NCBI GenBank assembly: GCA_013001815.1
Contig: JABDLV010000227.1
Location: forward strand, 1 to 48,487
Direction of reading: 5' to 3'
Length of the DNA stretch: 48,487 bases
From: Bacteroidia bacterium
GTDB lineage: Bacteria > Bacteroidota > Bacteroidia > AKYH767-A > OLB10
In this document: piece by piece, positions 28,777-37,134 of the stretch
Position numbering within the stretch: position 1 is the stretch's first letter
Layout: each line of letters begins with the position of its first letter
Translations under genes and position numbers: made by a program
Notes under the pieces: generated by a model
Databases searched by the model: none
Told to the model about the DNA's origin: nothing
The model's input: the letters and a program-made list of their open reading frames with translations, nothing else

Positions 28777-31700
28777 TTAATCGTCAATTTCGATAGAATC
28801 AGTCTTCTCATCCACGACTTTAATCATGATCCAATTTCCTGATTCATCTAATTTTTCGATCACATAATTTCCAACACCTTCTTTCCATTTAACGTAAGGA
28901 GTCCATTCCAGCAATGTCTTGTCGTTTCTCCAGTCTGCTTTTAAAAGTATTGAAGAACTCTTATTGCTTTCAATATTAGGTATGGCGCAATCGTTGCTTA
29001 CAATTATTTGGTAATAGTAAGTTTGATTGTCAACATCCACATTGTAATCCAAATAAGACAAATCGTAATGAGGTACAGATTCTAAATGGTAAAAATTCAC
29101 ATTGTCTGTTGAGCGATATACTTCATAGCTTACTACACGGTGAGGGTCTCTATTAGGCTCAGTCCATTCGGTTAGAATGTATAGGTCATCTATTACCGTT
29201 GAGCGAACAATCTCTACTACCTGGTTGCCCGGATCTAAATATGGGCGAGCATTATCCGTATCACTAACCGCGGTGTACAGTGAATTACATAAGTCTAGGG
29301 CTCTAATTCGGTAAGAGTAAATATCGGGACAAATTAGGAAGGTGTCAACATAATTTAAAACCAACGGGCTGGTTGTTTCAATATATTCGGTTATCCCGGT
29401 TCTGGTATTTGTTCTCTCAATTTGATATCCTGATACATTGCAGCCTTCATATGGTGTCCATGATAAGTAAACATCTGCATCAACGGTTACCGTTTCTAAA
29501 TTAATCGTTGTAGAATGATCGATTTCATCAAGAGGAATTTCATTACCACAAACATCCATGGTTTGCAATTTGTAAGAGTAAGTATTATGCAAAGTTGCAA
29601 GACTGTTATCTACATATCTTCTTACCGTATCAGAATTAGGTAAATGAACCGGGTCGGTATAAACATTTACATATGTTTGACTTTGCGTATCAAATCGGTA
29701 CAGTTTGTATACGTCAGAATTTGGGTTTGTGCTTTGATCCCAAATAAGTTCTACGCTATTATTGTTGAGTACCGAAGCTGAATACACTTGATCTGATGGA
29801 GGTGCAATTGTGTCTCTAACGTGTAAATACAATGGCTCAAAAATGGTGTCTCCACAACCTCCGTTGTTTGTTACTACAAGTGTAATATCATGTACACCAG
29901 GTGTCGTTAATACAATATTCGGACTAAATGCGTTAGAAGTAATTCCATTTTCTAATGTCCATAAATACGATGCACCGGATAAATTTGTAGAGCTATTCGT
30001 AAAAATAATATTTGCTCCAACACAACCAATTGTGTCGTTTGCTGAAAAACTGGCAACTGGTGACGTGTTAACATTAATTGGATTGGCGAAAGTAAATGTA
30101 TCAGCACACCCAAGTGGACTAATAGCTACAAGAGTAGGAATATAGCTACCCATGTTATTGTAGGTATGTGATGGATTTTGTGTTACAGATAAATTGTTGT
30201 CGCCAAAGCTCCAAACAAATGATGAACCATTCTGAGAAGTATTGGTAAAGTTTACTAAAAATGGTTCACAACCTAAATTGTTATCTACAGTTGCATAAGC
30301 AACTGGCGAGTTGTAAACGTTTAGGTTTTTAAGTGTAGAATCCCAGCATCCTGTTAAATCTGTTACGGTTAATGAAATATTGAACGTACCTGCAGTGTCA
30401 AACACATTATTTGGGTTCATCAATGTGGAGGTTTTGCCATCACCAAATTCCCATAAAAATGTAGCACCCGGATTAAATGTTGAGTTGTTTACAAATTGTT
30501 CAGTATGTGGGTTGCAACCGGATCCATTTCCTGCTGAGAATACGGCTTGCGGATTATCAAATACATTGATGGAGTAATTAAAATTAAATGTATCAACACA
30601 TCCTTGTATATTTTGAACTACTAATGTAGGAGTGTAGGTTCCTGCATTGATGTAAATATGTGATGGGTTGGCACTTGTGGATGTATTTCCATCTCCAAAA
30701 TCCCAATAGAAGGCAACTGCATCTACGGCTTGTTCAGAAAACTGACAGAAGAATGGAGCACAGCCAACGGTATCACTAATTGCTGCATTAGCAACCGGTT
30801 TAGATGGAATGTTTATCGTTTGTAGTGATGTATCACTGCATCCATTACTGTTGTTTACGGTTAGTAAAACATTATAATTTCCCGGGTTTGCATAATAAAC
30901 ACTGGGGTCAATTCCATTGTATGATGAGCCATTTCCAAATGTCCAGTTATAATTTGCACCAATTGTGTCTGTAGATAATGAATAGAAGTTGACATTGTTT
31001 GGTGCGCAACCTGCAATGCTATCAACAATAAAATTGGCAATAGGTGAATTTGAGACGGTTATTGATGGTGCAACTATTTGCGTATCTGCACATCCAAATG
31101 CAGATATTGCAATCAATTCAACATCGTAAATTCCTGCATTTACATAATTATAAACCGGAATTTGAGCATGGGAAGTGTCCCCATTTCCAAAATCCCAAAT
31201 ATAAGTTGTGGCATTTGTTGAATTATTAACAAAGGATACACTGCTTGGTGCACATATATTTGGATTTGTAACTGTAGCGCTTGCCGTAGGTATTGGATGA
31301 ATAGTAATAGGCGTTGGCATTGTAAACACAGATGAACATCCAATTGTATCAGTTGTAATCAGTGTTACTTGAAACGTTCCGGTATCGGCATATAGATGTT
31401 GTGGGTTTTGTACAGTAGAAGAATAACCATCTCCAAAATTCCAGTTCCAGGTTGAAGCATTAATTGACAAATCGGTAAATTGATTCACAAGCATTGGGCA
31501 ACCATCAGTGCTGATTACGCTAAAGTCCGTATACGTACCGGGAATTAATAAGAAGTTATTGTAAGTCATTGTGTCGTTGCATCCATCATTATTCGATGCG
31601 ATGAGAGAAACAGTATAGTAACCCGGTATATTATAAATGTGAGATGGATCTGAAAGGTTGGAGAAAGTAGAATCTCCAAAATCCCATGTAAAAGTTGTTC

Positions 31701-34700
31701 CATTTGTTGATTGGTTTACAAAATCAATACTAGCTGGTGAACAAGCGGCAGTGGTTGGTGATGAAAAATCAGCATTTGGAAACGAAAATGTAAATCTGTT
31801 CGGAAATAACAAGGTATCTGTACAGCCGGATGCAAAATCAACAATTAGCTGTACATCATAGGAACCATTATTAACATATGTGTGAGTAGGGTTTTGCAAA
31901 TTGGAGGTGTTTCCATCACCAAAATCCCAACGCCATGCAATTGCACTGGTGCTTAAATCTGTGAATGTTGTGGTAAATGGAACACAACCTAAGCTATCGC
32001 TAACGCTGAAGTCAACACGTTCAAATGATATATTGGTTTTGCTTCTTGTAATTTGGCAACCATTTATGTCTGTAATAGTTAATTTTATTGGGCCTGTTGG
32101 TGGTTCGGTAAACACATGAACCGGATGTTGCAAATTTGATGTTGTGCTATCGCCAAATTCCCACAGCCAAGAGACCGCATTTAAGCTTTGATCAGTATAA
32201 GTTGCTGTAATAGGAAAGCAATTGTTGCCTTGAGTATAAATAAAATTGGCTAAAAAGTTTGTTACAGATATGTAATTGGTTTTTGAGTTTGTATGAACAC
32301 AACCGGAATCGGTAACTGTAAGTGAAACATCATACACACCAGGTAATACGTAGGTATGACTTGGGGTTTGAGCTGTGCTTGTATTTCCATCACCAAAATC
32401 CCAAAACCAAGAGGTTCCGCCTATTGAATTATTTACAAATGTAGCAGCCAAAACATTGCAACCAGATGTTGGTCCGGCCACACTAAAATCAGCGAACACA
32501 TTTACTGTATTAATTGTATCAGGACTTGTGTAGGTGTGCGTGCACCCACCAATGTCGGTTACAGTTAAGCTTACAATATAATTACCAATTGTTTGATATG
32601 CATGTGCTGGGTCAGCAAGCGTGGAGCTGTCACCATCACCAAAATCCCATAGATAACTAGTGAAGTTCGGAGACGAAGCGCTAAACTGAATGGTATCACT
32701 AATACAGGGATCTAAAACGGTAAACGAAATTGGACTAGAATAGCCTAATGTAACAGGAAGATATTGAGTTGTTCTACAACCTGCATCCATTTCCAGTTCT
32801 AGAGTTATTAAATAGTCACCAGCTGATGCGTAATTGTGAGTTGGATTCCAAACATTACTACTATCACCATCACCAAAAAACCATGTCATGCTCACAACAT
32901 TTGCAGTGTCATATTCTAAACTTATTGAATAAGGATTACAATGACTTATAGCTGTTATTCTAATAGTATCTTGAAATACTTGTCTAATATCATAAACCGC
33001 AAATTGGTTTATTGTTCTTTGGCATCCACCTGCTAATTCCGTGACTAGCGATACATTGTAAATTCCGGCCGTATCAAAAGAGTAAGTTGGGTTTTGTTGA
33101 TGAGATGTGTCGCCATTTCCAAAATCCCATACCCAGCTACTACTATAGGGTGTTGGATCGGTAAATATTGCTTCTGTGGGCGTGCAGCCTACAATTGTGT
33201 CTGGTGTTGTATAAGTAAACGTAGTATCAATAACTCTTACATAACTACTTTTTGAAACCGTTTTAGTACATCCGTCTGCTGTTACTATTGAAAGTGAAAT
33301 GTCGTAATTACCTAAAAAATTATATACGTGAGATGGGGAAGCAAGTGTTGAAGTGCTTCCATCACCAAAATCCCAAAGGTAACTTGCAAAAGAAGTACTA
33401 TTAGGTACAAAGGGTACATTAACTCCAGGGCAACCACGTTTTGGAGATGCTGAAAAATTAACGTACAGATTTTTTAAGTCAATTGCATTGTTAATTGTCA
33501 AAGTATCAGAACACCCGTTTGGTGAAAATGCGATTAACATTACATCATATTTTGCATTTACAGTGTATGTGTGCATTGGATTTTGGTCTGTAGAGGTATT
33601 GCCATCTCCAAAATCCCAAAACCAAGAGGTAGAACCCGTTGATGTATTAACAAACTGTGCATCAAACGGAATACAACCGGTATCTTTTACTGCGCTGAAT
33701 GAAGCAACCGGAAATGGGTCCACAGTAATGAAAGCGGGTATTGTTACGGTTCCATTACAACCGGCTGTTGTGTTTACAGTTAATGTTATATCATAGGAAC
33801 CGGTGCTGTTGTAGGTGTGAATTGGATTTTCAAGTGCACTTGTATTTCCATTACCAAAATCCCAGCTCCAGGAAATGGCATTAGGTACCGTACTGGTAAA
33901 ATTTGTAGTAAAAGGTGCACATCCTCCAGTATCATTTACCGTGAATGATGGCACTAATGATGTCCCTATATTTATATAATTTGGTTTTGTACGTTTTCTT
34001 GTACATCCATTTATGTCAGTTACGGTTAGGGAAACGCTAAAACTTCCCGAGGCTCCATACATGTGTGTTGGATTTTGAAGGTTTGATGTGTTTCCATCTC
34101 CAAATTCCCAAAACCATGATACATCATTAGGATCATTCGTAGTAAATGAAAAAATATCAGTGGAGTCGCATGAAGAAGTAAAGCTAGCGCTATGATATGC
34201 ATTTGGACTTGGGTGAACGGTGATGAAATTGGTTTGTATAGAAATGTTTTCGCATCCAAAAGTGTTTTGCGCAATAAGTTTTATGGTGTATGTACCAGGT
34301 AATGCATAAGTATGTGTTGGGTTTGCTGTTGTAGAAAAAGTACCATCACCAAAATCCCAGGTATAAGAAGTTGCGTTGATTGAACTATTTGTGAAATTAA
34401 AGGTATTTCCAGTAATACAGGCAGAAGTTTGATTCACAGTAAATGAAGAAACCGGATCGGGAACAATGTTAAAATAATTTGTTGCAACTAGCGTATCTGA
34501 GAAACCACTCATGGTATTGCTTGCAATAAGTGTTACAGTGTATGTGCCTGAATTGATATAAATTGTATTTGGGCTAGGCAATGAGGATGTATTTCCATTT
34601 CCAAAATCCCAGAAGAATGCATTGGCATTGGTAGATGTATTGTTAAATGTAACTGAGAAAGGTGCACAACCTACAGAATCTATGGTTGTAAAAGAAGCAA

Positions 34701-34806
34701 CCGGGGTTTGGGCATAGCTATTGCTTAAGCACAATATTGCTATCAAAGTAAAAATGAAGTTTAATCCATTTAAACTGGTATCTCTAATCCAAGTTTTAAT
34801 CAACAT
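28777..34806 (-). CDS. Giant secreted/surface protein: signal peptide, about 20 tandem PKD domains, four C-terminal fn3-like modules
   Basis: Uninterrupted 6030-nt ORF. Signal peptide ends SNSYAQ. There are 20 occurrences of W(D/E)FG(D/N)G..S...NP.H.Y..G.Y.V.L.......GC. The C-terminal 343 aa show Y.(I/L/V)(Y/E)(R/K) ... Y.Y(K/R/Q)(I/L) ... C modules. No T9SS CTD is recognisable. Confidence 0.9.
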   Translation of the reverse strand: MLIKTWIRDTSLNGLNFIFTLIAILCLSNSYAQTPVASFTTIDSVGCAPFSVTFNNTSTNANAFFWDFGNGNTSSLPSPNTIYINSGTYTVTLIASNTMSGFSDTLVATNYFNIVPDPVSSFTVNQTSACITGNTFNFTNSSINATSYTWDFGDGTFSTTANPTHTYALPGTYTIKLIAQNTFGCENISIQTNFITVHPSPNAYHSASFTSSCDSTDIFSFTTNDPNDVSWFWEFGDGNTSNLQNPTHMYGASGSFSVSLTVTDINGCTRKRTKPNYINIGTSLVPSFTVNDTGGCAPFTTNFTSTVPNAISWSWDFGNGNTSALENPIHTYNSTGSYDITLTVNTTAGCNGTVTIPAFITVDPFPVASFSAVKDTGCIPFDAQFVNTSTGSTSWFWDFGDGNTSTDQNPMHTYTVNAKYDVMLIAFSPNGCSDTLTINNAIDLKNLYVNFSASPKRGCPGVNVPFVPNSTSFASYLWDFGDGSTSTLASPSHVYNFLGNYDISLSIVTADGCTKTVSKSSYVRVIDTTFTYTTPDTIVGCTPTEAIFTDPTPYSSSWVWDFGNGDTSHQQNPTYSFDTAGIYNVSLVTELAGGCQRTINQFAVYDIRQVFQDTIRITAISHCNPYSISLEYDTANVVSMTWFFGDGDSSNVWNPTHNYASAGDYLITLELEMDAGCRTTQYLPVTLGYSSPISFTVLDPCISDTIQFSASSPNFTSYLWDFGDGDSSTLADPAHAYQTIGNYIVSLTVTDIGGCTHTYTSPDTINTVNVFADFSVAGPTSGCNVLAATFVNNSIGGTSWFWDFGDGNTSTAQTPSHTYVLPGVYDVSLTVTDSGCVHTNSKTNYISVTNFLANFIYTQGNNCFPITATYTDQSLNAVSWLWEFGDSTTSNLQHPVHVFTEPPTGPIKLTITDINGCQITRSKTNISFERVDFSVSDSLGCVPFTTTFTDLSTSAIAWRWDFGDGNTSNLQNPTHTYVNNGSYDVQLIVDFASGCTDTLLFPNRFTFSFPNADFSSPTTAACSPASIDFVNQSTNGTTFTWDFGDSTFSNLSDPSHIYNIPGYYTVSLIASNNDGCNDTMTYNNFLLIPGTYTDFSVISTDGCPMLVNQFTDLSINASTWNWNFGDGYSSTVQNPQHLYADTGTFQVTLITTDTIGCSSVFTMPTPITIHPIPTASATVTNPNICAPSSVSFVNNSTNATTYIWDFGNGDTSHAQIPVYNYVNAGIYDVELIAISAFGCADTQIVAPSITVSNSPIANFIVDSIAGCAPNNVNFYSLSTDTIGANYNWTFGNGSSYNGIDPSVYYANPGNYNVLLTVNNSNGCSDTSLQTINIPSKPVANAAISDTVGCAPFFCQFSEQAVDAVAFYWDFGDGNTSTSANPSHIYINAGTYTPTLVVQNIQGCVDTFNFNYSINVFDNPQAVFSAGNGSGCNPHTEQFVNNSTFNPGATFLWEFGDGKTSTLMNPNNVFDTAGTFNISLTVTDLTGCWDSTLKNLNVYNSPVAYATVDNNLGCEPFLVNFTNTSQNGSSFVWSFGDNNLSVTQNPSHTYNNMGSYIPTLVAISPLGCADTFTFANPINVNTSPVASFSANDTIGCVGANIIFTNSSTNLSGASYLWTLENGITSNAFSPNIVLTTPGVHDITLVVTNNGGCGDTIFEPLYLHVRDTIAPPSDQVYSASVLNNNSVELIWDQSTNPNSDVYKLYRFDTQSQTYVNVYTDPVHLPNSDTVRRYVDNSLATLHNTYSYKLQTMDVCGNEIPLDEIDHSTTINLETVTVDADVYLSWTPYEGCNVSGYQIERTNTRTGITEYIETTSPLVLNYVDTFLICPDIYSYRIRALDLCNSLYTAVSDTDNARPYLDPGNQVVEIVRSTVIDDLYILTEWTEPNRDPHRVVSYEVYRSTDNVNFYHLESVPHYDLSYLDYNVDVDNQTYYYQIIVSNDCAIPNIESNKSSSILLKADWRNDKTLLEWTPYVKWKEGVGNYVIEKLDESGNWIMIKVVDEKTDSIEIDD
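29809..34707 (-). repeat. Array of about 20 diverged PKD-domain coding repeats, period about 245 nt
   Basis: The plus-strand motif CC(A/G)(A/T)CACCAAAATCCCA (reverse complement of the W-D-F-G-D-G codons) recurs at about 34601, 34349, 34101, 33854, 33608, 33365, 33120, 32640, 32395, 31920, 31675, 31190 and 30700, with degenerate copies in between. Confidence 0.9.
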
Positions 34807-34836
34807 TATCCGGTCTACAATTCTACCGGCTTTATC

Positions 34837-35304
34837 TTAGTTTAAGCTGGCTGTAGACAAATATGTGTCCGCAAGTTCTTTTTTGGCTTGGTTGTTTATT
34901 TGTCTAATGGCACTGTAGCTCACTTCACCGTTAGAATTCGTATGTTTAACTTTATAATACGAAATAGAAGAGCTTGGGTTGTGATCTATAAAGCTATAGA
35001 ACAAGACAAAGTCAGACTTTACCCCTTTCTTAGTGCCAATTTCCTCAAAATCGATTCCATTATCAGATTTTTCTATGCTTAACATACAATCTGTTTCTGA
35101 AGGCAACTGCGTCCATTTAATAAACACTTTGCCTGATTTGATAATCACATTAAAATTTTGAATCTCTTCAGAAATGGTTTTTTCATCTAATGGCGTTTCC
35201 GATTGCAAATCTTGGGCGTTAAGGCTACTGTTAGTATTAGTTAACAATGCAAAAAGCAATAAACCAAGAAGAATAAAATTTTTATTTGGGTTCAAAGGGC
35301 GCAT
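34837..35304 (-). CDS. Small secreted protein consisting of one fn3-like module homologous to the C-terminal modules of the giant PKD protein
   Basis: The signal peptide starts at the internal Met (MRPLNPNKNFILLGLLLFALLTNTNSSLNAQ), so I prefer a start at 35304 over 35421. VFIKWTQLP..CMLSIEKSDNGIDFEEIG...FYSFIDHNP..SISYYKVKHTNSNGEVSYS parallels LLEWTPY..YVIEKLDESGNW and YLSWTPY..YQIERT...YSYRIRALD. It lies 30 nt upstream of the giant gene. Confidence 0.65.
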   Translation of the reverse strand: MRPLNPNKNFILLGLLLFALLTNTNSSLNAQDLQSETPLDEKTISEEIQNFNVIIKSGKVFIKWTQLPSETDCMLSIEKSDNGIDFEEIGTKKGVKSDFVLFYSFIDHNPSSSISYYKVKHTNSNGEVSYSAIRQINNQAKKELADTYLSTASLN

Positions 35305-35673
35305 GTTTTTATAATTAAATGGTATAAAAGTTCGATTGTGTTTATTACTATAAAATAATAGGCAAACGCTCATTATTACATGAATGATCTTCAATGCATC
35401 ACAATTGTAAGATTTCTGCAAAAATTGATAAAAAATCGACCTCTAAATGTCTAATCCACAAAGAGTAACCTTTGCCTACTTAAAGACGTACAAGAAAAAA
35501 TGCGAAAACCATTTTGGTTTAGGCTATTCGCAGATCAATGAATTACAGGACAGAATTATTGTAAGAACAGAACAAATTACGAATTGAAAAAGAATTATTG
35601 TTTGCCTATAACATTTCTACATGGATGTCGTAAGAATAGGTCAGTTAAATATTAAAATAATAATAATGTTGCT

Positions 35674-37134
35674 ATGGATTTATTGAGCAAAACCATTAAG
35701 AAGCTGAGTGACGAGGAATACCAAGCATTATTGGCCGAAGTTTCTGGAAAGAAGAAAAACAAGCCATATATAGTTTTGGAAACCTCTCGCATGGGACAGG
35801 TTGACGATGGAGAAATGATGGAATTGTTACAGGTTAACCCCAGTACCTATTACACCTTAAAATCTCGTCTAAATTCTAAAATTGCTGCAATACTTGCTAA
35901 AAAAGTAAATAACCCCATTAGTGTTTTATTAAGTGAGGTTATCAGAGTGCCGGCAAACCTTTACGGGTCAAATAGAGAATTTTCAATTAGAGCATTAAAA
36001 GAATTAGAAAAACAATTAATCCAGTATGATTTATCTGGAGAATTAATTGTTGTTTATAAAACCCTAGCACAACTAAATCTTTACAATGAAGATTACAACA
36101 AGTATGAATTGTTGTATAAGAAACACGTAGCGTTTTCACTGGGAGTATCAAAAGTAGAACGTCTTTTTTACGAGTTCATTCGTCAGATTGGAAACTTCCG
36201 TTTAACTAAAGATGAAAGTGATAAGAATAAGTTAAGTGAAATATTAGATGAGCTTAGCAATTTTTGCGAGCTATATGATTCGCATAGAATGTTTGTTTTT
36301 TATAACATAGCAAACATTTACTACTTATGCATTGTAGAAGAAAATGAAGAAGTATTAAAGTCAAAAGAAATAGAAATAGAAAATGTACTTAAAGAAATGA
36401 GCAACATTTTTGATAAGTACAATCTAGACACCTTCTATCAAAATATTAAATTCTTAACTGATTTTCTGTTGTTTGAATATTATACCAAAACCAAAAACCA
36501 CATTAGAGCTGAGCATTATTTAGAAAAAATAAACCCTGAAATTGATGCAATATGCCCTCAGCATATTTCTCACTTTTATGTGGTTGAGTTTTTGAATGCA
36601 AAAGTTGAAAAATTCCTTACTGATGGTTCTGTTGATAGGTTAGTTGAATTAAACAGCAGAATAGAAGAGAATATTGATATTGATATGGCCGAAACATATC
36701 ATTACATAGCATATAAAAAGTTTAAGGCCATAAGTAAATTTTATCAGAAAGACTTTTCTGGTGCTGCTCGCATAATTAATGAAATGCGTAACGAGTTATC
36801 AATGAAAAAGTACCTGTTTACTGATATTGAGTGTAAGCTGTTTCAAGCTCTGCAATATTGCATAATGGGTGAAGATGGTTTATGCACACAACTAATATCT
36901 AGCCTGAAAAGACAGATTAAGCCCAGTGAAGAACAGTACACCTCTGCCAAACTATTTATCAAATTCTTAAAAACAGCATTAAAACCGGCTGAGTATAGAA
37001 GGAAAATTAAAAAAGTAAATGAGCAGTGGTTAGAGTTTGCACAAGCAAACACTGGTGAACATGCTATTCTTCCATTCTTAAAATTAGATGAAGGTTTGAT
37101 TCGTAGAATTACAAATCCAATTAAAGATAACTAA
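35674..37134 (+). CDS. Putative regulator: N-terminal sigma-70-region-4/LuxR-like helix-turn-helix plus a long all-helical (TPR-like) domain
   Basis: PYIVLETSRMGQVDDGEMMELLQVNPSTYYTLKSRLNSKIAAIL fits the HTH pattern (L..EIA..L.vs..TV...l.RA..KL). The remaining 400 aa are helical repeat-like and rich in Y/L/E/K. No catalytic motif. Confidence 0.5.
   Translation: MDLLSKTIKKLSDEEYQALLAEVSGKKKNKPYIVLETSRMGQVDDGEMMELLQVNPSTYYTLKSRLNSKIAAILAKKVNNPISVLLSEVIRVPANLYGSNREFSIRALKELEKQLIQYDLSGELIVVYKTLAQLNLYNEDYNKYELLYKKHVAFSLGVSKVERLFYEFIRQIGNFRLTKDESDKNKLSEILDELSNFCELYDSHRMFVFYNIANIYYLCIVEENEEVLKSKEIEIENVLKEMSNIFDKYNLDTFYQNIKFLTDFLLFEYYTKTKNHIRAEHYLEKINPEIDAICPQHISHFYVVEFLNAKVEKFLTDGSVDRLVELNSRIEENIDIDMAETYHYIAYKKFKAISKFYQKDFSGAARIINEMRNELSMKKYLFTDIECKLFQALQYCIMGEDGLCTQLISSLKRQIKPSEEQYTSAKLFIKFLKTALKPAEYRRKIKKVNEQWLEFAQANTGEHAILPFLKLDEGLIRRITNPIKDN

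Noticed and set aside
29810-34274. Numerous 60-110-aa ORFs inside or antisense to the giant PKD gene (29810-30145, 30380-30577, 31044-31229, 31140-31343, 31658-31861, 31901-32119, 32769-32951, 33488-33796, 34026-34274)
   Set aside because: All lie within one uninterrupted 2009-codon frame that has strong domain signatures. Their translations are low-information shadows of the repeat and lack any motif.
29950-34610. A regularly spaced conserved DNA motif (…CACCAAAATCCCA…) that could suggest a CRISPR array or satellite repeat
   Set aside because: The period is about 245 nt and the conserved part encodes W-D-F-G-D-G. The sequence between the motifs is homologous coding sequence rather than unique spacers, and the whole region is one open frame.
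35305-35421. The 39-codon N-terminal extension of ORF 34837-35421 (MQKSYNCDALKIIHVIMSVCLLFYSNKHNRTFIPFNYKN)
   Set aside because: A typical signal peptide begins at the internal Met (35304). The extension would bury it and has no coding-like features.
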